A DNA stretch of 64,000 nt from the NCBI GenBank assembly GCA_951406725.2, contig OX597829.1:17174001-17238000 (forward strand), in the 5' to 3' direction. Under the pieces are notes generated by a model. The model saw nothing but the letters and a program-made list of their open reading frames with translations, did no database searches and had not been told where the DNA came from. Numbering within the stretch: the first letter of the stretch is position 1; every line of letters starts with the position of its first letter. Shown in pieces: positions 54,416 through 64,000 of this stretch. The DNA is from Octopus vulgaris. Lineage: Eukaryota. A program made the translations under genes and the position numbers.

Positions 54416-56009
54416 ACTAAAACAAGATACAGTTGGAATAATGACACAAACGGTGCTTAGTATAACCATTTTCCAACTTCTCAGGTCTGGCCAATTCGCC
54501 CTGCATTTCTCAACACTTAACAGATATTTATATTTTCGCAAGATTTCCGAAATCATTTCTCAATATCTCTTGATTTGTTTCATCTAAAAACAAACAACTT
54601 CTAAGGAAAAATATTCTCGTTCGCTAATATTTGTGGATTTTGCCAATTTACAGCGATCTGAATGCTTGAAGTTGTATTGATTCAATTCCTGCTCCAACCA
54701 GATATTGATTAGTTTAATTTTCTTCAGTTTATATAACAACCCTTTCATTTCCTTACTATTGTTTCTGAGAAGTGTGAAAATGCCCGAGTTTCAGAGTTCA
54801 GACTCCCTTAGCCCCAGTTTCTTAGAGGTTTTCTGAGAAAGCGGTATCACCATATTGATCTTTAGCTTGCTTTTTCGCTTTCCTTTCTCCCCCACCACTA
54901 CCTTCTGTTCTTTATATGGCATTTAATCCACATTCTCGAAAGTAGGAGGAGAAAAGCTGTTAGTATGTGACTTTGCCATTTTCAGCCTCTGATACTGAAC
55001 ACAAGTTAACCTCCTCTACCAATTCTAGGCTGACACTTCGTGCCTTGGCATTATTTGTTAACAAGACTGAGAAAAGGGTATATTTCTTGTTCTTCTTAGA
55101 GCTGTGACTAGCTGTACGTTTGGTGCTGCTCCTGGAATTGCCTTTTTCTCTTCTCCGTGTGTAAATTAATAGTCTAGACGTACTTCGTTGCTGTCTTTAA
55201 TTCTTGTTTCGAAGGTATTGATAAGTCGACGTTTTCTTTTTGAGAGACTAAAATAAATCAATTTCCCCCTTGCTCATTTTTTCAATCTATTCTTCAGACA
55301 GGAAAATTAGGATTTGCTCAAAGCAATGCTTCAGTCGGTTTGTTTCGGCCTCTTCATTCTTGATGTCAGGAACTGGAGTCAACTTGGACAAAACTAATTC
55401 CATATATTAATGACGAAAATTCTTTGTGTGTTAATGTCGTTATTGCTATTGTTATTAGTTGTGTCGTCTCCACAAAAATTTTGCCGAATGCTCCCTTCCT
55501 CACCCACAAATGCAAACAAGCAAGCATATTTCTGGTTTCTGAAAACGCAAAAGTTTCTATATTTACAACAGAAGAGAACTTTGGCAAGTCAGACTTATTA
55601 TTCTGCTTCGTAATGGTGGAACTTGAGGGAAACGTTGCCTCTTTTGTTCGACGCCATTGCGATTGAACTCGAACAAATTATTCAAAAAGAAATGTTTTTA
55701 GTTTTTTAGTGAACGCCAATGAAATAAAAATAAAGTTGCTTTATATATAGAAACATTCCACAGGACCTAAAACAATCCCAATCGCTCTCTCTCTATATAT
55801 ATATATTAAGCTGAAGTTGTCTGTGTATGGCAGGTTTGGTTGCCTTCAAATATCGGGGAAGACTTTACATTGTCGTTCGTCCGAAATAAGAATCAAATAG
55901 CTTTTAAAACGTATCATCCGGCCTAAATGAAATAAGGGCAGATAAGATCTTAAACTAATAATTACCAGGTACTCACCTGCCAAAATATTGGTAAATGGGT
56001 TCTTGCACT

Positions 56010-56340
56010 ACGCGGTTTCGATTCCCAGACCGGGCATTGTGAGTGTTTATTGAGCAAAAACACCTAAAGCTCCACGAGGCTCCGGCGGGGAGGGGTGGTG
56101 AACCCCGCTGTACTCTTTCACCACAACTTTCTCTCACTCGTTCTTCCTATTTCTGCCACAAAGCAGAAGAACCATGGTGTAACCCATTATGGTGTGGTAA
56201 GCTTTCAGACCCTAGTCTAGATTGCAAATCCTATTACCCCAGGATGGTTCAGCTCTCCAGCCGTTAAAAGCCACTGTTTACGGAATGAGCTTTCACGCCC
56301 GTGCAACCGCCAGTCTATCGTGTGTGGTGGGTAGATCTTC
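56010..56340 (+). mobile_element. SINE family C body with a distinct downstream segment
   Basis: cgcggtttcgattcccagaccgggcattgtgagtg..caactttctctcactc then sequence unlike other family C tails. Confidence 0.7.
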
Positions 56341-56779
56341 ATGTTGCCACACGCATTCTTAGTAGCTTAGCAACAGCAGCAACAACGATAACAGCTACAA
56401 CAACATCAACAACAGTAGAATTTTCCGATTGAATCACAAGGCCATTAATTTTGTATAGAAATAGTTAATCGATAACCATCAATCCTAATACTTAAGCGGT
56501 CCCGAAAGATTCAAAGGCGGAGTTAATCTCAACGGGAATTGAACTCAGACTGTTAAGAGTTGGGACATTTTTTTCATGTGTGTCTGTGTGTCCCAATGAT
56601 TCTTTCAGTCCATGCCTTCTAATGATAATGGTTTCAAATTTTAGTACAAGACCAGGAATTTTAAAGGAGAGGTATAGTCAATTTGCTAATCCCCTTGCAC
56701 TTGACTGAGGCTTTATTATTTTATCGATCCCGGAAAGATATAAAGCATAGATAATCACAGCAGTATTTGAACTAAGAAA

Positions 56780-57012
56780 GGCGGTGAGCTGGCAGAAACG
56801 TTAACACGCTGGGTGAAATGCTAAGCGGTATTTCGTCTGTCTTTATGTTCCGAGTTCAAATTCCGCCGAGGTCGACTTTGCCTCTTATCCTTTCGGGGTC
56901 GATAATTTAAGTACCAGTTACGCACTGGGGTCGATGTAATCGACTTAATCCGTTTGTCTGTCCTTGTTTGTCCTCTCTGTGTTAAGCCCCTTGTGGGTAG
57001 TAAAGAAATAGG
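56780..57012 (+). mobile_element. Young SINE family A nested in an older antisense family A copy
   Basis: Full head to tail; ttgaactaagaa duplicated on both sides. Confidence 0.8.
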
Positions 57013-57356
57013 TTTTTGAACTAAGAACGTAGTGTGTCGAAAGAGATACCGCTAAGCATATTGTCCGACGCACTAATGATTCAGCCTGCACACTGGCTTT
57101 TTCTCACATATTTTTTAAAAGCAATTGATGGAAGACGGTAGCTGATAAAGGCGCCTCAATACTGTTTTTTTTTATCGACCCTAAAAAAAAAATGGAAGGT
57201 AAAGTTGATCTCGGCAAAATTCGAACTTAGAATGTAAAGGACTGAAAGTAAACACTGCAAAGAATTTCTGTACGATGGTTTAACGATTCTCGGAGATTAG
57301 TAAAGTTATCGGGATCCTCAGATATCGCTCCCGTGATACGAAACCGTAGAGTTTCG

Positions 57357-57774
57357 GGATCTTTTCGGTTTGAACGGCAGTTTTAAAAAATAATTTCCAC
57401 GTAACTAAACACTTTTAAACTTCGTATACTGGTAGAATATGTTTATAAAGCATCTTTTTCTCTTGGCTTTATTGAAAAAATTCTATAGCTTGTAAGATAT
57501 TTGTTGTTCTTTTTTCTTCAATTTCTGCAATTTCAACCAATCAATGACGTCTATTGAGGTGAAAACCTTCTGTGCCGTATGAATATGTCCCTCGTTTAAG
57601 AAACAGATTGGGTTTATTTACATTTCTGAAGAAAAAAAGATACCCTTCACCCCACCCATAACCCTAACCCTAAAACACATTGAAATGCAATAGATCGATA
57701 CTAGGGTCATAATTATGGGTGACAATTTCATATGACACCGCTAGAAAAAACTGCCGTTCAAACTGAAGAGATCC
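57357..57774. mobile_element. Complete ~418-bp MITE with ~28-bp TIRs and 8-bp TSD
   Basis: TIR ggatcttttcggtttgaacggcagtttt / aaaactgccgttcaaactgaagagatcc; gagtttcg at 57349-57356 and 57775-57782. Confidence 0.9.
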
Positions 57775-58024
57775 GAGTTTCGACTAGTATCGCAATGCGT
57801 TATCGACTCAGCTGTTATTCTTAATTTCCTTCGTTAGCACAAGGATCATAAAGTTTTCAAGTCAATCATATTCAGTCAAGTACGTTGCTGATATTTTATC
57901 AACTCCAGGACAATGAAATGCAAAATTATTTATTCTCAGCGTTGGTTTGAACCAATGGCATAAATAGTTATAATGAGATACAGCAACGATATTTAGTTCA
58001 ACTATCTAAATAGATAAAATATAT

Positions 58025-58415
58025 ATTTCTTTACTATCCACAAGGGGCTAAACATAGAGGGGACAAACAAGGACAATCAAAGGGATTAAATCGATTACAG
58101 CGATCTCAGTGCGTAACTGGTACTTAATTTATCGACCCCGAAAGGATGAAAGGCAAAGTCGACGTAACGACAGACGAAATACCTATTTCTTTACTACCCA
58201 CAAGGGGCTAAACACAGAGAAGACAAACACGGACAGACAGACGGATGAAGTCGATTACATCGACCCCAGTGCGTATCCGGTACTTAATTTATCGACCCCG
58301 AAAGGATGAAAGGCAAAGTCGACCTCGGCGGAATTTGAACTCAGAACGTAACGACAGACGAAATACCGCTAAGCATTTCGCCCGGCGTGCTAACGCTTCT
58401 GCCAGCTCGCCGCCT
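58025..58415 (-). mobile_element. SINE family A, head plus tandem body
   Basis: Two body units and the head ggcggcgagctggcagaagcgttagcacgccgggcg. Confidence 0.85.
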
Positions 58416-59335
58416 TTCCCCTAGACATTATTAACAGATTCACTAAGTCGGCGAACTGGCAAAAATTGATATCGCATCGGAAAAAATGCTTAACAGTATT
58501 TCTTTTGGCTCCTTACGCTATAAGTTCAAATTTCGCCGTGGTCTATTTTGCCTTTCATCCTTTCGAGGTTTATAAATTAAGTACTAGTTGCGTACTAGGG
58601 TCGATCTAATCGACTGGCCTCCTCCCCAAAATTACGGACCTTGTGCCTGGAGTAGAAAAGAATAATGCCTATGGGAAGGGCACGAGCGTTATTCCTTCCA
58701 GCTGGGCCATTGTAGTTTAAGATGTTATTTGACAGGTCAAAAAGAGAACAATATTTTAATTCATAGAGGAAATGAAATCGTTTAAACGTAAAGTAATATG
58801 GAAAAGTAAAAGAGAGTGAAAGAGAGAGAGAGAGAGAAAGAGGAAAGCAGAGAGAGAGAGAGAGAGAGAGAGAAAGAGGAAAGCAGAGAGAAAGAAAAAG
58901 TAGATGAAGTAGTGAAACTACTTTATCGACAAATATTTGGCATGTTTTGTATAAAGACTTGATAGGAGTACATAATAGAGATTGCCAAGATATTGTTTTT
59001 ACATAGAAATCTCTTTAATTTTTAAGACTTCACCCATTTCACAATTTCATCCACCACATGACACAAACTGTGTGACAACTTGGAGATTTATAGCGATTTT
59101 GTTTTGTATCTGTTTTTCTTCTTTTATATATATGTTATTCTTCTACCGATTCTTACTCATAATTGCCACGGAGGACTGTTTCTGTTTTCTTAAACATACA
59201 GCCATTTCAAACAAGCAATGAAATCATCAATCTGTGTCAACATTGTTAGGGAATAACACTGCCGAAACTTCCATTTTCATCCTTGTATAGCAACAATGTT
59301 TCCTATTTATTTTTCGCCGTCTTCCCTTCATCATC

Positions 59336-59396
<61 letters not shown>

Positions 59397-59440
59397 ATGT
59401 ATATTAATGTGTGCGAGTGTATATATATAAATGCGTGTTG

Positions 59441-59490
<50 letters not shown>

Positions 59491-60373
59491 AAACCTGTTT
59501 TAAAACAACATAAAATAACATGTATTCTCCAGTTACTAAAAGAACTCCACATTTAGCTCATAGATTTGCTGCAGTGTGGGTGAATGTGTGTGTGGGTGTG
59601 GGTGCGTGTGGGTGTGGGTGCGTGTGTGTGTGTGGTTAAGAAGCTTCCTTCATAGCTATGTGGTTTCGAGTTCAGTCCCACTACGCAGCACTTTAAGCAT
59701 GTGTCTATTATACTCATGGATTGACGGGTACCTTGTGGGTGAATTTTTTATTTGGAAACTGTGAAATCCTGTCGTGTTTGAGTGTTTGAGTGTGTGTGTT
59801 TGTGTGTGTGTGTGAGTATGTGTGTGTTTGTATGTCACTCTGTGTGTGTGTGTGTGTGTGTGTGTTTCTTTTTATTTGTGTGACACAAACAGACATAGAA
59901 TAGATTAACGGAATAAACGTAATCTATTTAATTCTCCACCCCAACCACCACCCTTAATATATTCGGAGCTTAAAGTCTCAACAGGATGTGAAAAAGATTT
60001 TTTTTTTACCATCATTTCACTTTCCATAGTTATTTTCTCGAATAATTACCGGATTTGATGGCATATAAAAGAAACAGTTTTTTCTCCAGCAAAAAACAAC
60101 AAAAAAACAAACCGTTTCTAAAACATCACCCCGGGTCCTACATGCAATGTTGGGCCTCCTATAAGTTAATTTCGTCCCCGGAGCTCACTACTTACCGGCT
60201 AATTTTTATTCATACCGTGTCAGTAGTACCAGTTTTCATGCATTAAAAACTTTTTTTCCTTAAATATGCACAGCTGAAATTAGAGTGCGTCTAGTATACC
60301 CGGGTGTCCTTTATGCTATCAGATATGGTACATTGAAATATAATTCACTTAAAAACTAATGTAATCTAAAGGG

Positions 60374-60488
<115 letters not shown>

Positions 60489-60544
60489 CATACATACATA
60501 TATATATATCTATGTTCATACACACACACACACATATATATATG

Positions 60545-60701
60545 CGCATGCGTGGGTATGTGGTAAGAAATTTGCTTTCCACCCACATGCTTCCGGGTTC
60601 AATTTCATGTGTAGCATGTTGGGCAAGTGTCTTCTGCTACAGCTTCGGGCCAATCATCATTGTGAGTGGATTTTTGTAGACGGAAACAGAAAAAAAGCCC
60701 A

Positions 60702-60738
<37 letters not shown>

Positions 60739-60940
60739 CCTGCCTTTGTGTTTATCCGTCACCACTGCTTGACAATAAGCGTTGGTGCATTTACCTCCAC
60801 GTAACTTAGCGGTTCGGCAATAGAATCTGTTAAAATAAGTACCAGACTATAAAAAAGGCTTTTGTTCGATTAAAATCCTTCAAGGTGGTGCTCCATCATG
60901 GCCGCAGCCTAATGACTGAAACAAGCATAAGATAAAAGAA
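60545..60940 (+). mobile_element. Diverged SINE family B
   Basis: Head, ttgggcaagtgtcttctgctac segment and tail present. Confidence 0.75.
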
Positions 60941-61127
60941 CCATAATATTTTGTCATTCCCCGTATAAACTAAGGAAAGAAGCTTCACCTCATTTTTATC
61001 TCTCCGTAAAGTGAGTGCAATCTGAGAGGTTTCTGCTAATTCTTCGACTGTCATCAGAGAATGAAAATCTAAGAATCTTTTTATCCACAATGCAATTAAT
61101 AGCTTTTAGCTATATCTATAATGAAGG

Positions 61128-61640
61128 ATGTGGAGGCACAATGGCCCAGTGGTTAGGGCAGCGGTCTCTTGGTCTTAGGATCGCGGTTTCGATTCCCAAA
61201 CCGGGTATTGTGAGTGTTTATTGAGCGAAAACACATAAAGTTCAAAGGCTCCAGCAGGGGGTGGTGGTGAACCCTGCTGTACTCTTTCACCACAACTTTC
61301 TCTCACTCTTTCTTCCTGTTTCTGTTGTACCTGTATTTCAAAGGGCCAGCCTTGTTACACTCTGTTGTCACGCTGAATCTCCTCGAGAACTACGTCAAGG
61401 GTACACCTGTCTGTGGAGTGCTCAGCCACTTGCACGTTAATAAATGAGCTGCGACGTCACTGGTGCCAAGCTGTATTGGCCTTTGCCTTCCCCTTGGATA
61501 ACACTGGTGGCGTGGAGAGAGGAGGCCGGTATGCGTGGGCGACTGCTGGTCTTCCATAAACAACTTTGCCCAGACTTGTGCCTCAGAGGGTAACCTTCTA
61601 GGTGCAATTCCATGGTCATTCATGAGCGAAGGAGGTCACA
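61128..61640 (+). mobile_element. Chimeric SINE: family C head/body joined to family D 3' body
   Basis: 61128-61320 matches family C; 61443-61638 matches 51465-51665. Confidence 0.8.
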
Positions 61641-61949
61641 ATAATGAAGAATAATTAGAATTTACATAAATTGGTCCGGCTAATTTCGGTAGCAATTGAT
61701 TAATTTCATTCACTTATTGCGCACTACATGGCTGTTTAGGGATTATTTTTTTATATCCGTCTTTTAATCGTTTGCTTGTTTTAGTCATCGGACGGATGCC
61801 ATGCTGGAGCATTGCACTGAAGAATTTTAGTCGAACGAATCAACCTCAATACTCCTTTTTTGTTTTAAGCCTGGGAATTAGTCATTCGGTCTCTTTTGCC
61901 GATCCGCTAAATTGTTAAGCGGTGGTGAAGAACAAGCATAGATACAAAG

Positions 61950-62017
<68 letters not shown>

Positions 62018-62481
62018 GCACACACAATATGACAGGCTTCTTTCAGTTTCCCTCTATCATATCCGCTCACACAACTTTGGGTTGCCCAGGGCTATAGTTG
62101 AAGACATGCCCAAGGTGCCTCGCAGTAGGACTGAACCCTGAACCATGTGATTGGGAAGTAAACTTGCTACCATACAACCATGCTTGCGCATATTTATTTC
62201 CTTCAATAAAAGTGTATATTTGACCATTTAGCGGTTCGACAAAAGTGTGAATGCGCATGGCTTAGTGGTTAGTGCCATTTATAACTCATTCCATCTGGAT
62301 GTCAGTTTATATTCTCCTCCCAATCCCACCAACATATTCCAAGCCCATGATATAATTTCCACCAGTTAATTTGTTGGCGTCTTTATTCATTCAGTTGCCA
62401 GAGTTGTAGCTCGTGTTGCCGCTCTTGCAGTTAATTCCACTGTTTTTATTACTGCCACAGTTATTGTAGTTGTTGTTGCTG

Positions 62482-62885
62482 CTGTTTGTTTGTTTGTTTG
62501 TTGAGCGAAGCGATCTTCGTCCCAGAGCTCGCAAGATCGCGCCTCTGTTGTGGGAGAAGTCCGAAACGTGGTCCTTTGCTATTCGTAAGACCTGCAGAAG
62601 AGAAAGCAGGTCAACCCCCGACACCGAGAGCATCGACGGATGGATGAATGCGCATCCAGGCTCAGCGGTTGCGTAGGAAGTCGGGAACAAGAAACAGGAA
62701 GAAAGAGTGAGAGAAAGTTGGAGCGAAAGAGTACAACAGGCGTCGCCACCACCCCCTGCCGGAGCCTCGTGGAGCTTTAGGTGTTTTCGCTCAATAAACA
62801 CACATAACGCCCGGTCTGGGAATCGAAACTGCAATCCTCCGACCGCGAGTCTGCTGCCCTAACTACTGGTCCATTGCACCTCCAC
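62482..62885 (-). mobile_element. SINE family C, (CAAA)n tail type
   Basis: Near-identical to 36615-37003. Confidence 0.85.
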
Positions 62886-62994
62886 TTGTTGTTACTGCTC
62901 TTGATACTACTGTTTTTTCGTTTTGTTGTTACTGTTATTGTGGTGTGTGTTGGTATTCTCGTTGTTAAAAGATTTTGCCCTTACCATTGTTACG

Positions 62995-63227
62995 TATTTC
63001 TTTATTGCCCACAAGAGGCTAAACATAGAGGGGACAAACAAAGACAGACAAAGGGGTTACTTCGATTAGATCGCCCCCAGTGCGAAACTAGTACTTAATT
63101 TATCGACCCCGAAAGGATGAAAGGCAAAGTCAACCTCGGCGGAATTTGAACTCAGAACGTAACGGCAGACGAAATACTGCAAAGTATTTCGCCCAGCGTG
63201 CTAACGATTCTGCCAGCTCGCCGCCTT
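62995..63227 (-). mobile_element. Full-length SINE family A
   Basis: Complete head, core and tail. Confidence 0.85.
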
Positions 63228-63451
63228 ACTATGGTTACTGGTGTCGTTACAATTGTTTTCCTGTTGTTCTCATGCATGCCCTGTTTTCCCAGCCATCATG
63301 AGTGGCTGCCATGTTAGGAATCAAACGTCAGGAGTAATATTGGTAGTTTTAAGAGTTGTTTTCCCGGTTGTCTTCTTGCTGAATCTAATGGCGAGCGTTA
63401 ACTGACATCATCATTAATAAAAAAGGAACGGAGCAAATAAGATTTTATAAA

Positions 63452-63830
63452 TAGGCGCAGCATGATTGTGTGGTAAGAAGATGCTTCCCAACCACAAGGG
63501 TCCGGGTTCAGTCACACTGCGTGGCACCTTGAGCAAGTGTCTTCTACTATAGTCTCGGGCTGACCAAAGCCTTATGAGTGGATTTGGTAGACGGAAATTG
63601 AAAGAAACCCTTCGTGTGTGTGTGTATATATATAAAGTTAATCCAAACATGAAAACACAAAGAGAAAACACAACAACGGGAGGACGTGGAACAAGTATAG
63701 TGTTATTGGACGCTCAGGAAGGAAGGGAATAATGAGGTTTTTACGTTTCGAGCGGAGCTCTTCGTCAGAAACATAGGAAAAGGAAAAATCAGAGAAGGGA
63801 AGACGGAGGAAAAAATCGCCAACGTATATA

Positions 63831-63866
<36 letters not shown>

Positions 63867-64000
63867 TGTATGTATGTATGTATGTATGTATGCATGCATG
63901 TATGTATGTATGTGTATATATTATTTATATATATGTATATATATATTTATATATATGTATATATTTGTGTGTGTCTGTGTTTGTTCCCCCACAATCGCTT
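63452..64000 (+). mobile_element. SINE family B carrying a nested hammerhead element (63636-63825) in its internal microsatellite
   Basis: Head 63452-63615; body resumes tgtgtctgtgtttgttccccc at ~63970. Confidence 0.8.
63737..63772 (-). ncRNA. Type I hammerhead ribozyme (minimal)
   Basis: guuu-CUGACGA-A-GAGC-ucc-GCUC-GAAA-CG-UA-aaaac; a 3' fragment of the same element lies at 15710-15792. Confidence 0.75.

Overview
AT-rich, microsatellite-saturated animal DNA, most likely octopus (inferred from the tRNA-derived SINE families and repeat spectrum; not database-checked). No host protein-coding exon can be supported, and nearly all listed ORFs are translations of simple repeats. The window is a mosaic of four tRNA-SINE families, decayed LINEs (Tx1/L1, CR1, R4/Dong-type RLE elements in (TAA)n), Tc1/mariner remnants, MITEs, Helentron-type non-autonomous elements and Penelope-like element (PLE) remnants. 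The main unexplained signal is about 13 minimal type I hammerhead ribozyme motifs of about 9-10 sequence types, mostly in short non-coding inserts within or beside (TA)n/(TAA)n tracts. The best case is 40609-41258: a 362-bp circularly permuted unit plus an inverted arm that begins 3 nt after the predicted self-cleavage site, suggesting a PLE/retrozyme-like mobile RNA system.
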